Shown here piece after piece: positions 46,868-57,735 of a stretch of 64,000 bases of DNA; the stretch's first letter is position 1; each line of letters opens with the position of its first letter. Position numbers and translations under genes: made by a program. The stretch lies in assembly GCA_964371195.1 (NCBI GenBank), contig CAYJLD010000002.1:159-64158 (forward strand), given 5' to 3'. Below the pieces are notes generated by a model that saw only the letters and a program-made list of their open reading frames with translations, was not told where the DNA came from and made no database searches. Source of the DNA: an uncultured Desulfovibrionaceae bacterium. Lineage in GTDB: Bacteria > Desulfobacterota > Desulfovibrionia > Desulfovibrionales > Desulfovibrionaceae.

Positions 46868-47823
46868 ATAGCCCACCCACCCTTGAAGTTAAAAAGCTTA
46901 CTCGCAACTTTACAATTCAACGTGGTATCTTGAGTGAACAAGTCACGTTGCGTGCTGTAAATGATGTTGATCTTTGCGTAAATGAAGGGCAAAGTCTTGG
47001 GTTAGTTGGGGAGTCAGGTTGCGGTAAATCAACGCTTGGACGCATGATTGTAGGTTTGCTTGCACCATCATCAGGTCACATACTTATGCATGGCCAATCA
47101 TTATATGATGAACAAGGTAAACTTAAGCTAAATAATATGGCTCAAATGGTTTTTCAAGATCCATTTTCATCACTTAATCCACGTCTATCCATTGGGCATT
47201 CCATTGCAGAGCCGCTTATAGTACAAAAAGTAGAAGCCAAGGATCGCCAAGAACGCATGTTAGAAATGCTTAATTTAGTCGGCCTGTTACCAGAACAGGC
47301 TAAAAGATATCCGCATGAATTTTCTGGCGGACAACGGCACCGCATTGCCGTAGCAAGGGCCTTAATTACTAATCCTAAAGTTTTGGTTTGCGATGAACCA
47401 GTTTCAGCTCTTGATACCTCTGTACAAGCCCAAGTGCTAAATTTATTGCGTGACGTACAAGAAAAGTTTAAGCCAGCTTGTGTATTTATTTCACATGACC
47501 TTGCTGTAGTTGGTTTTATATGTGAGCGCATGGCAGTTATGTATCTTGGATCTGTGGTGGAGCTAGCCTCACGTGAAGATATTTTTGAACGCGCAGCCCA
47601 CCCATATACCGAGGCTCTGCTTGCTTCCATTCCATCCCATGACCCAGACAAACATATTACAAAGGCACCCTTAAGTGGTGAGTTACCAAGTCCTATAAAC
47701 CCACCTAGCGGCTGTACATTTCATCCACGCTGCAAAAGGGCCTTAGACATATGCAAGCATGAACTGCCCAAATGGTATGAACTAAGCAAAGACCATAAGG
47801 TACGCTGTCACCTTTATGGTTAA
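46858..47823 (+). CDS. oligopeptide/dipeptide-type ABC transporter ATP-binding protein (OppF/DppF-like), orphan
   Basis: Walker [10 protein letters not shown], signature FSGGQRHR, Walker [14 protein letters not shown]-terminal oligo_HPY tail [12 protein letters not shown] ... [10 protein letters not shown]. Overlaps the cobT end by 10 nt. Confidence 0.85.
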   Translation: MPLNSPPTLEVKKLTRNFTIQRGILSEQVTLRAVNDVDLCVNEGQSLGLVGESGCGKSTLGRMIVGLLAPSSGHILMHGQSLYDEQGKLKLNNMAQMVFQDPFSSLNPRLSIGHSIAEPLIVQKVEAKDRQERMLEMLNLVGLLPEQAKRYPHEFSGGQRHRIAVARALITNPKVLVCDEPVSALDTSVQAQVLNLLRDVQEKFKPACVFISHDLAVVGFICERMAVMYLGSVVELASREDIFERAAHPYTEALLASIPSHDPDKHITKAPLSGELPSPINPPSGCTFHPRCKRALDICKHELPKWYELSKDHKVRCHLYG

Positions 47824-47832
47824 TGGTAATTG

Positions 47833-48909
47833 TTAAGAATCATAGCCCAAGGCTTTATTAAGCTCTACTCCGCCATGTTCAGCAAAAATTTTCTCAACTC
47901 TATCTGACCATATTTCGTCAGTAGATGAAAGCTTACCTGAAAATGTAAGTGTTTGTTTACCTGTGGACTCATTTAAAGCTGAAATAATTACATCCTTATC
48001 AACATTAAGAATGCTAGTAAGATTTTGTATGGATGCATTATTTTCTTTATCTTCAGCAACTAAATCTTCAAAAAGTACTACAGTCTCAGGATATGCCTGA
48101 ACCCACTGAACAATACTTTTCGTCACATTAAGCATATAAGTAAATTCACCAGATTGCATAAAGGAATATAAAGCTTCTTCAGTACAATCCATGCCCAACC
48201 ATCCTTCACCACTTGTATCTCTTTTTTGCCTATAGCGCATAAGGGAAACAAGGGCCACACGCAACTCACGCACAGAGCAAATTTTGGTTTTAAAACTCAA
48301 ATCTTCATTCCAACTAAAGGGTAAATGCCCCACCACAAATTGTCCTGGTTGAACTAAGTGCGTTTGAATGTATGATGATACCTTATAATAAGTAATTGTC
48401 TGGTCAGAAAATTTATTAAAATCTAATGCTCTTGAATCTGTTAAAGTATCCCCTGCGTGAAAACCTGCGTTTTGATATGAAAGCTTACGCAGCATACTTT
48501 CAAGCAGGTATGTGCCTGACTTTGGCAAAGTAATTACAAATAATGGGGGACGATTACTTAAATTTTCTAATGGCTTTTGAAAACAAATCCTGCCCTCACT
48601 TGTTCTTTCAAGTCTTAATCTTAGTGGAGGCACATTCATGGTGGGGATATAAATATCACTATCTTTATCAAAGTTCATCATGGCATTAAAAAGTGCAATT
48701 TGTAATTCATTAATATGTGAAATTTGATTATTAATCATGATGTTTTGTTTTACATTGGCATCATGTACTCGGTGCAACTCTCGATGTAACTCGCGGTAAA
48801 ATTCCGATAAAATAACCTCTTGCACTTGGTTTAAATGTGCGGTCACTGTTTCTTGTAAATGCGTTGTACCGCAAACTTTACGTATCAGGTTTAATATATA
48901 TTTTTTCAT
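47833..48909 (-). CDS. sulfotransferase-like protein, paralog 1
   Basis: 5'-PSB-like loop ITLPKSGTY (48511..48525 = PKSGT) and a 3'-PB-like SVRELRVALVSLMRY. The ATG at 48909 (MKKYILNLIRKVCGTT) is conserved with the paralog. Confidence 0.55.
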   Translation of the reverse strand: MKKYILNLIRKVCGTTHLQETVTAHLNQVQEVILSEFYRELHRELHRVHDANVKQNIMINNQISHINELQIALFNAMMNFDKDSDIYIPTMNVPPLRLRLERTSEGRICFQKPLENLSNRPPLFVITLPKSGTYLLESMLRKLSYQNAGFHAGDTLTDSRALDFNKFSDQTITYYKVSSYIQTHLVQPGQFVVGHLPFSWNEDLSFKTKICSVRELRVALVSLMRYRQKRDTSGEGWLGMDCTEEALYSFMQSGEFTYMLNVTKSIVQWVQAYPETVVLFEDLVAEDKENNASIQNLTSILNVDKDVIISALNESTGKQTLTFSGKLSSTDEIWSDRVEKIFAEHGGVELNKALGYDS

Positions 48910-49005
48910 AACACCCACCACCTCTATTACAATCACTTTTAAACAAGTCAGGTGATTACACTAAATTATTTACTATATACCATTTATATTATCTTAAAAT
49001 ACAGA

Positions 49006-50046
49006 TTAGTTGTATCCTAAGGCTTTATTAAGTTCGACCCCACCATACTCAGCAAAAATCTCCTCAACTCTATCTGACCATATGTCGTCTATAGATGAAA
49101 GCTTACCTGAAAATGTAGGCGTTTGCTTGCCAGTGGACTCATTTAAAGCTGAAATAATAGCATCCTTGTCAACATTAAGAATTGCACTAAGATTTTGAAT
49201 AGATGCATTATTTTCTTTATCATTAGTAATTAAGTCTTCAAAACGCACTACGGTTTCAGGATATGCCTGCACCCATTTCGCCATCTCCTCAGCTGCTCCA
49301 AACATAAACGGACGTTCTCTAGATTGGATAAATTGGTATAAAGCTTCTTCTGTATTGCCAAGTCGCATCCAACCGCCGCTGACTTGATCCCTTTTTTGCC
49401 TAAAGCGCATTAAGGAAACCAAGGCTACTCGTAAATCTCTAATGGAGCAAATTTTTACGCGTGAATATAGATGGTTATTCCAATAAAAAGGTAAATGCCC
49501 TGCCACAAATTGGCCAGGTTGAACTAGCATGGTTTGCATAAAGGGTGTTACATTATATTGAACTATTTTTGACATACCAAAGCTATCAAAATCAACAGTT
49601 CTCGAATCTCCCAAGCCTAGGCTATCCCTAGTTGGATAGTCAGCATGAAAGCCGGCATTTTGATATTTAAGGTGAGTAAAGATTTTTTCTAAGAAATATG
49701 TTCCTGATTTTGGTAATGTGATTACAAAAACTGGAGGGCGTAAACTCAAATTTTCTATGGGTTTTTGAAAGCAAACCCCACCATCAGAGGTTCTCTCAAT
49801 ACGCAAAGAACGAGGTGGGTTATCCAGAGTTGGAATAATGATATCATCACTCTTATTTTGCATGCCATTAAATAGAGCCATTTGTAAGTCATATATGGCA
49901 GCGAATTGATTTTGATTTCTTTCATGTTGCTCATTGAGCTTATCATGAATTTTTTGTGTCTCACTGTATAATTCTGCTAAAAATATATCCTTCAACAGTG
50001 TTGTACCACAAATTCTACGTATTATATTAAGTATGAGCTTCTTCAT
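49006..50046 (-). CDS. sulfotransferase-like protein, paralog 2
   Basis: ITLPKSGTYF (49699..49713 = PKSGT) and SIRDLRVALVSLMRF. The C-terminal roughly 70 aa are nearly identical to paralog 1. ATG at 50046 (MKKLILNIIRRICGTT). Confidence 0.55.
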   Translation of the reverse strand: MKKLILNIIRRICGTTLLKDIFLAELYSETQKIHDKLNEQHERNQNQFAAIYDLQMALFNGMQNKSDDIIIPTLDNPPRSLRIERTSDGGVCFQKPIENLSLRPPVFVITLPKSGTYFLEKIFTHLKYQNAGFHADYPTRDSLGLGDSRTVDFDSFGMSKIVQYNVTPFMQTMLVQPGQFVAGHLPFYWNNHLYSRVKICSIRDLRVALVSLMRFRQKRDQVSGGWMRLGNTEEALYQFIQSRERPFMFGAAEEMAKWVQAYPETVVRFEDLITNDKENNASIQNLSAILNVDKDAIISALNESTGKQTPTFSGKLSSIDDIWSDRVEEIFAEYGGVELNKALGYN

Positions 50047-50152
50047 GCGTAAATACCCCACAAATTTATTCACAATAACAATTTACTTCTGTTATTAACC
50101 AAACTTTGAATGGTAACAAAAAGCGCTCAAAGAATCAATTACAATGAGGGTA

Positions 50153-52459
50153 TTAGGAAATATTTTCGCTTATAGGTATTGAAGTATCAACACAATGCGC
50201 CACACGCCCTTCTTTGCGTCCCCAACGAATGTAGTGATAGAAGGGATTTAGCTTACAAGTAACTATACTAGGATCATGTGCTATATATTTTTTTGTATCA
50301 AACCACGGCGCGGGATTACGTCCCTCCTTAGCACCACGAGAAATATAATGCCATAAAGGCTCCATACCACTATCTAGCACGTCGGGATTACAATTTAAAT
50401 AATAATTTGCGTCAAAACAGCCTGAACGCCTAAGATAATAAAGCTCAGCCAAGGGCATATATACAAGCTGCACAATACGTTCAATAAGTGGTGTTTTATC
50501 CATTTTGGGAATACATGGCTCATCTACATGATAATGCAGCATCATAGCTTGATTTAATTTTTCATTTAAATAATTGCTTGCATAATTATATTTAGTCAAT
50601 CTCTCCCTAGCAAGGCATGGTAATATTGCTTCTTTATCTAAACGTGCCAATGAATCTATATCAAGCTTTGCTTGGGGCAATTTTTCATTGGCTATAGAGC
50701 TAATTTCATCTGTAATTATAGTATTTTGCAATGCCTTTACACCTAAAGGTTGTCCATATATATCTTGTTTGCTTTTTGCAACACCAAACGATGCTAAAAG
50801 GCTCTTACCATTACAAAATAATTTACTAGGTCGAAAAGCAGTTGAATTATAATTTAACATTTTCATCATGGTAAAAATAATAAAAAGTAATCTATTAGGT
50901 TTTGCTTCTTGAAAATTAATTGTATTTTTTAAAAAATCATATGCAGGTTCACCAAAGTGGGCTTTTACTAAGCTCTTTGTCCTAGGGCGACAAAACTCTT
51001 CTTTTAATATCTCAAAGGGATGTACCTCATTAGCACAAAATTCTTGAAAATCAGTAAATTCCAGTGTTTTTAAATTAATATCATATTGTCTTGTGCTCAC
51101 AGAATATGATCTTAATTCATTAATTTTAATAGCCTTTTGAACACAATCTAAATCCAACAATTTATTATTAAGTGGAATATCAACTAATTTTTTATTAATT
51201 TTTGTAAAAATTAATGCCGATAGAATATGGCGATATTCCCCTTCATAAGGTGTCAAATTTAATTGTTTTAACTCTTCATCCCAAAGTGGTGATAAAACAA
51301 ATTTATTATAAAATCTTCGCTCAATTGTATCCACAGCAAAATGATGTCTAAGTCTTGACTCATTATAGAACACACTTAAAAGACGTCCATCATCCTTGGT
51401 CGTAAAAAACTTATTATCTAATAATGCATGAATTTTAGCTAACTCTTTTGCTAAAAAATTTCGGGTAAGCTTATTTGTATCTGCATTAACTCGATGGCTA
51501 TTTCTTAGCTTGCTACCAAGTTCACTTACTGGAGAAAGCCAATAGCCTCTAAGAGTACCTTCTCCCCCAAAGCCAGTAAAACTAAGCTGTAGATTATCAT
51601 ATGTTTGTATAATATCATTCGCAAAACTAGTCTCTGAATGCAGACCAAAGCGAGTAAGTAAGGCAATGTTCCATGAGTCTGCATGGGACATAGTCCTTGA
51701 AGGGTATGCAATATGATTTAGTTGGAAGTTAAAAGTCTGGCTTAATTGCTTTGCTATTTCAAAATCATATGGGGCATGAGCTGGGCTCAGCGCATTAAAA
51801 TTAATTTTCGCAAAATCTATTCCTGAAGCCAAAAATAAAGCCAATGTTAATCTAGTATCAAAGCCACCGGAAAGATCTAAGCTTATATTATAATTAGCAT
51901 CCACAGCACTCTTAATTATGCTTGCCCATTTGTTAATCCAATTTTCAATAATGCTTTGCCCTTCATGGGAGTCTATTTCAACCGTGCCATAGCTTGATAA
52001 GTCTGGGAAGTCATATTGCAATGAGTTATTTTTTATGTTGATTTGCAGGGTGGTTTTACTTGGAATTAAATTAATCTGTTCGCATGGAGTTGCAGTATAT
52101 GCAATAGATGCAAATCCATCCTCTAAAAAATGCGCTATATATTCATAGTTTACATTAAGTTTTTTTTGCTTTTCAAACAATAGATATTCATAAAGAAGTA
52201 TAAATGAATTGGCTATGGCAAAATAATTATCATCCTCATATATAAATAGTTCGTATGTACCAATATTATCTTGATAAAACTTAATTACGTCGTCATCACG
52301 CTTAATCGCAATAAATGAACCTGAGGAGTTTTTATGCTTTTGTTCATCAAATTCATGAATATTATCAAATATCTTATCATCAGTTACAGCATAACCATAC
52401 ATCCTTGATGTAACTTCATACATGTTATTTGAATCTATTATAAAAAATTGATCACGCAT
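50153..52459 (-). CDS. asparagine-synthetase-like PP-loop ATP-pyrophosphatase lacking the glutaminase Cys, with C-terminal tandem repeats (paralog 2)
   Basis: PP-loop DLSGGFDTR (SGGFDT = 51854..51871). The N-terminal Ntn-like domain begins MRDQ rather than MC. The C-terminus carries two FD...Y...NPDV/DPSI...HY...G..EGR repeats (50204..50416). Confidence 0.6.
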   Translation of the reverse strand: MRDQFFIIDSNNMYEVTSRMYGYAVTDDKIFDNIHEFDEQKHKNSSGSFIAIKRDDDVIKFYQDNIGTYELFIYEDDNYFAIANSFILLYEYLLFEKQKKLNVNYEYIAHFLEDGFASIAYTATPCEQINLIPSKTTLQINIKNNSLQYDFPDLSSYGTVEIDSHEGQSIIENWINKWASIIKSAVDANYNISLDLSGGFDTRLTLALFLASGIDFAKINFNALSPAHAPYDFEIAKQLSQTFNFQLNHIAYPSRTMSHADSWNIALLTRFGLHSETSFANDIIQTYDNLQLSFTGFGGEGTLRGYWLSPVSELGSKLRNSHRVNADTNKLTRNFLAKELAKIHALLDNKFFTTKDDGRLLSVFYNESRLRHHFAVDTIERRFYNKFVLSPLWDEELKQLNLTPYEGEYRHILSALIFTKINKKLVDIPLNNKLLDLDCVQKAIKINELRSYSVSTRQYDINLKTLEFTDFQEFCANEVHPFEILKEEFCRPRTKSLVKAHFGEPAYDFLKNTINFQEAKPNRLLFIIFTMMKMLNYNSTAFRPSKLFCNGKSLLASFGVAKSKQDIYGQPLGVKALQNTIITDEISSIANEKLPQAKLDIDSLARLDKEAILPCLARERLTKYNYASNYLNEKLNQAMMLHYHVDEPCIPKMDKTPLIERIVQLVYMPLAELYYLRRSGCFDANYYLNCNPDVLDSGMEPLWHYISRGAKEGRNPAPWFDTKKYIAHDPSIVTCKLNPFYHYIRWGRKEGRVAHCVDTSIPISENIS
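52260..52459 (-). repeat. 200-nt near-identical tract shared with 54605..54804 (5' ends of the two AsnB-like genes)
   Basis: By-eye alignment shows 3 mismatches in 200 nt. The rest of the two genes is much more diverged. Confidence 0.85.
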
Positions 52460-52512
52460 AATGTAGTCTACTATGAATTTACGCTACGAATTTATGAATT
52501 CACTAAGTGCTA

Positions 52513-54804
52513 TTAGTTATCATCAATAAACATATCAACAAAATATGCTACTCGTTCTTCTCTTCGCCCCCAAATAATATAGTGGCAGAAAGGGTTTAGT
52601 TTACTAGCAACTATATCGGGATTTTTCGCTACATATTTTTTTGTATCAAACCAAGGTGCAGGATTGCGCCCCTCACTAGCACCATAGAAAATATAATGCC
52701 ACAAAGGATCTACACCGCTATTTAGAACATCTGGGTTACACTTCAAATAAAAACTAGCGTCAAAACATCCTGTACGTCTAAGATATAAAAGTTCAGCCCT
52801 TTGCCTAGAGATGCGTTTTAAGGCACGCATCCAGAACGGCATTAATCCTACATCTGGAACACATGGTTCTTCAATATAATGGCACATTTTACTAACAAAG
52901 TTTAGCCTTTTACTTAAAAGACTTTCAGCATCATTATATCTAGTAAGCTCACTCTTAGTCAAACATGGCAATATGTCATCCTTACTCCAATGATCTAAGG
53001 ATGACATAGATATCTTAGCTGGCTGAATATAGTGATTTATATCAAAAGTAGTGTCATTGGTATGAGAATTAAGTATGCCATTTACAGCTAAACTTTGATT
53101 ATCATCCATGCTCTGATCTATTAAGCTAGGTGTAAATAACTCCACAAGTTTTTTATTTTTATAAAATAATTTATTGGGAATAAAAGCTGATGATTGATAA
53201 TTTAGCATTTTGACTATGGTAAAAACAAGAAAAGCAGCTCTATTAGGAATTTTATCCTCAAAATTTATGATTTCTTTAAAAAATAAATACAGAGATTTTC
53301 CAAAATATGCATCCAACAAACCCTTTGTTTTTAGATTATAAAATACTTCTTTAAGCCTTTCATGAGGGTGTTGGTCATTTGCGTTAAATTCTTCATAGTA
53401 TTTAAAATCATGAGGCTGCAAACTAATATGATAATCTCTTGTATTTATTGCATATGACCTTGAAGAATTCATCTTAATGGCCTTATTAACGCAATCCTTA
53501 TCCAAATATTTACCGTTAAGTGGAATATCAATTAATTGCTTATTAAGTTTAGTAAAAATTAATGCCACCAAGATATTACGCTCTTTTCCCTCATAAGGTT
53601 TTAGATTTAACTTTTTTAGCTCTTCATCACAAAGTGGGGACAAAACAAGTTTATTAAAAAACTTTCTCCCAACATTACCAACACCAAAATGATGTCTAAG
53701 TCTTGTTTCATTATAAAATAAATTCAACAAACTACCATCATCTTTTTTATCCAAACCTTGCTGATTTGATAATGCCCAAACCTTACTCAGCTCTTTTCTT
53801 AAAAACTGTCTAGTCAAGCCTTTTACCCTAGCATCTAATTTTTGACTATTGCGCTGCATAACTTCCAACTCTTCCACAGGGCTAAACCAAGTGCTTCTAA
53901 TTACTTCCCCCCCAAAACCTGTAAAATTAAGCTGTATATTATCAGTAATTTGTGTAAGGTCATGCGCAAAGTTAGTCTCAGCATGAGCACCAAAGCGAGT
54001 AAGTAAAGCAATGTTCCATGAGTCTGCATGGGACATGGTCTTTGAAGGATATTTAATATTATTTAATTGGAAGTTAAAAGTTTGGCTTAATTGTTGAGCT
54101 GTTTCAAAGTCAAGTGGTGCATGTGCTGGGCTTCTGGCATTAAAATTAATTTTCGCTAAATCTACCCCTGAAGCAAGAAACAAAGATAGAGTTAATCTAC
54201 TATCAAAGCCACCAGAAAGATCTGAACTAATATAATATTTTTTATCAACAGCACTTTTTATTATACTTGTCCACTTGTTAATCCAACTTTCAATGATGCT
54301 TTGTCCCTCATTTGAATCAATATCAATAGTGCCGTAGTGTGACACATCAAAGAATTCAAAATTAAGAGTATTACTATCAATATTTATTTTAAATTTTGTT
54401 TTGCTTGGAATTAAATTTATCTGTTCACATAAAGTAGCTGTAAAAGCCAGAGAAGCAAAGCCATCCTCCAAAAAATGTGCTATATATTCAAAGTTTACGT
54501 CAAGCTTTTTATGCTTTTCAAACAACAAATACTCATAAAGTAAAATAAATGAGTTAGAAACAGCAAAATAATCTTCTTCCTTATAAACAAATATACCATA
54601 AGATCCAATATTATCTTGATAAAACTTAATTACGTCGTCATCACGCTTAATCGCAATAAATGAACCTGAGGAGTTTTTATGCTTTTGTTCATCAAATTCA
54701 TGAATATTATCAAATATCTTATCATCAGTTATGGCATAACCATACATCCTTGATGTAACTTCATGCATGTTATTTGAATCTATTATAAAAAATTGATCAC
54801 GCAT
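52513..54804 (-). CDS. asparagine-synthetase-like PP-loop ATP-pyrophosphatase lacking the glutaminase Cys, with C-terminal tandem repeats (paralog 1)
   Basis: PP-loop DLSGGFDSR (54199..54216). The ATG at 54804 has a GGAG 5 nt upstream, and the GTG at 54810 overlaps that SD. C-terminal repeats at 52552..52764. Confidence 0.6.
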   Translation of the reverse strand: MRDQFFIIDSNNMHEVTSRMYGYAITDDKIFDNIHEFDEQKHKNSSGSFIAIKRDDDVIKFYQDNIGSYGIFVYKEEDYFAVSNSFILLYEYLLFEKHKKLDVNFEYIAHFLEDGFASLAFTATLCEQINLIPSKTKFKINIDSNTLNFEFFDVSHYGTIDIDSNEGQSIIESWINKWTSIIKSAVDKKYYISSDLSGGFDSRLTLSLFLASGVDLAKINFNARSPAHAPLDFETAQQLSQTFNFQLNNIKYPSKTMSHADSWNIALLTRFGAHAETNFAHDLTQITDNIQLNFTGFGGEVIRSTWFSPVEELEVMQRNSQKLDARVKGLTRQFLRKELSKVWALSNQQGLDKKDDGSLLNLFYNETRLRHHFGVGNVGRKFFNKLVLSPLCDEELKKLNLKPYEGKERNILVALIFTKLNKQLIDIPLNGKYLDKDCVNKAIKMNSSRSYAINTRDYHISLQPHDFKYYEEFNANDQHPHERLKEVFYNLKTKGLLDAYFGKSLYLFFKEIINFEDKIPNRAAFLVFTIVKMLNYQSSAFIPNKLFYKNKKLVELFTPSLIDQSMDDNQSLAVNGILNSHTNDTTFDINHYIQPAKISMSSLDHWSKDDILPCLTKSELTRYNDAESLLSKRLNFVSKMCHYIEEPCVPDVGLMPFWMRALKRISRQRAELLYLRRTGCFDASFYLKCNPDVLNSGVDPLWHYIFYGASEGRNPAPWFDTKKYVAKNPDIVASKLNPFCHYIIWGRREERVAYFVDMFIDDN
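54605..54804 (-). repeat. 200-nt near-identical tract shared with 52260..52459
   Basis: Same alignment as the partner repeat. Confidence 0.85.
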
Positions 54805-54871
54805 AAACACTCCTTATCATAAAAATTCACATACTGCGTAGCAATTTTAAATGGAGTTGCTATCTATAGCT

Positions 54872-55681
54872 TTAACCCACCTCAAGGCATAAGCCCACGG
54901 GGCAATGGTCTGAGCCATAAACATGGCTTTCAATCCATGCATCCTTAATAGCTGGCCGCAATTCTTCAGAAACAAAAAAATAGTCAATACGCCATCCCAC
55001 ATTATTTTGGCGCGCACGAGCTTTATATGACCACCAAGAATAATACCCTTCCACATCCCCATTATGTGCTCTAAAGGTGTCCACATATCCGGCCTTGGTA
55101 AAAGCATCAAGCCATGCTCTCTCTTCTGGTAAGTAACCTGTATTGCATTCATTTTGCTTAGGTCTTGCTAGGTCAATGGGTTTATGCGCAATGTTGAAAT
55201 CACCACACACAACTATGGGCTTTGTTTTTCTAAGTTCTTCTGCATAATTTAAAAATGCATCAAAAAAACCCATTTTGTAAGGAACGCGCTTAAACTTACC
55301 GGTAGGCTTGCCAAGTTCATTTAATTCAGGCGCGCCACCATTGGGAAAATATACATTAAAATAATGAAACCATTCAAATTCCATATGTACCAAGCGGCCT
55401 TCACCTTGGTAGGTACTATCTGGTAATTCCGCATGCATGGCTAAAGGAACTATGCGGCTAAATGCAGCCACGCCAGAATACCCCTTCTTGACCACCGATG
55501 AAGCAAAAATACTATTCCAACCATTTGGATTAACAAGTTCTTCTTTAAGTTGGTCTGGATGGGCCTTTGTTTCTTGTAAACCAATAATTTGTGCATCACT
55601 ATCACCAAACCAAGACCAATCTGGTTTAGCTGATACAGCCCGCAACCCGTTGACATTCCATGAAAGCATTTTTATTTGCAT
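54872..55681 (-). CDS. xth: exodeoxyribonuclease III
   Basis: MLSWNVNGLRA, LQETK, VVCGDFNIAH, WSYKARAR ... GWRIDY, SDHCPV motifs. Confidence 0.9.
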   Translation of the reverse strand: MQIKMLSWNVNGLRAVSAKPDWSWFGDSDAQIIGLQETKAHPDQLKEELVNPNGWNSIFASSVVKKGYSGVAAFSRIVPLAMHAELPDSTYQGEGRLVHMEFEWFHYFNVYFPNGGAPELNELGKPTGKFKRVPYKMGFFDAFLNYAEELRKTKPIVVCGDFNIAHKPIDLARPKQNECNTGYLPEERAWLDAFTKAGYVDTFRAHNGDVEGYYSWWSYKARARQNNVGWRIDYFFVSEELRPAIKDAWIESHVYGSDHCPVGLCLEVG

Positions 55682-55869
55682 GGGGTCTCCTTATCAAACA
55701 CTAAGTTTTTCTATCGCCCCCAAGAAGGGCACATACCTAATATGAACGCATTGATAAAGCTTGAACAAACAAAGTCACCTGTAGGTAACAAAACTATATT
55801 CCCCTTAATATATAAAAGGGAAAAGCCAAGAAAGCCTTCCCCTTCAATATTTTACCATACAGGATGTAA

Positions 55870-57513
<1,644 letters not shown>

Positions 57514-57735
57514 CTATAATTCCCGTCAATTATAAATGTTTACAAAGTGTTAAGAAGTAAATGTGCATTACTTCTCTAGTATATACAGATTGCTTATAAA
57601 AAGCTAGCATTGACCTTGACATAAAACATATTTATTATGCGGCCATTCAATGGTACTGAAATTTAGGCATTTATCAGCCTTTGAAAAAATTTATACAATA
57701 AAATTATTACAATATCACTTGTAAAGGAGCTAAGC

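Noticed and set aside
53907-53913. G7/C7 homopolymer in AsnB-like paralog 1 (also C7 at about 62186..62192 in ispDF) as a phase-variation tract
   Set aside because: Seven residues is borderline for slippage. One such tract sits in the essential ispDF gene. There is no population evidence from a single sequence.
47833-54810. Lasso-peptide or other RiPP cluster (a Cys-less AsnB homolog acting as lactam cyclase)
   Set aside because: There is no transglutaminase-like leader peptidase, no RRE protein, and no room for a precursor ORF; the intergenic gaps are only 53-80 nt. At about 765 aa with C-terminal repeats, the proteins also do not fit lasso cyclases.
47824-54871. Mobile element or genomic island with recognisable boundaries
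   Set aside because: The composition is clearly AT-shifted, but I found no integrase, transposase, tRNA target or flanking direct/inverted repeats. The block is therefore not called as a mobile element.
54847-55152. 101-aa ORF overlapping the 3' part of xth
   Set aside because: It is on the same strand in a different frame, entirely inside the well-supported exonuclease III gene, and has no independent signal.
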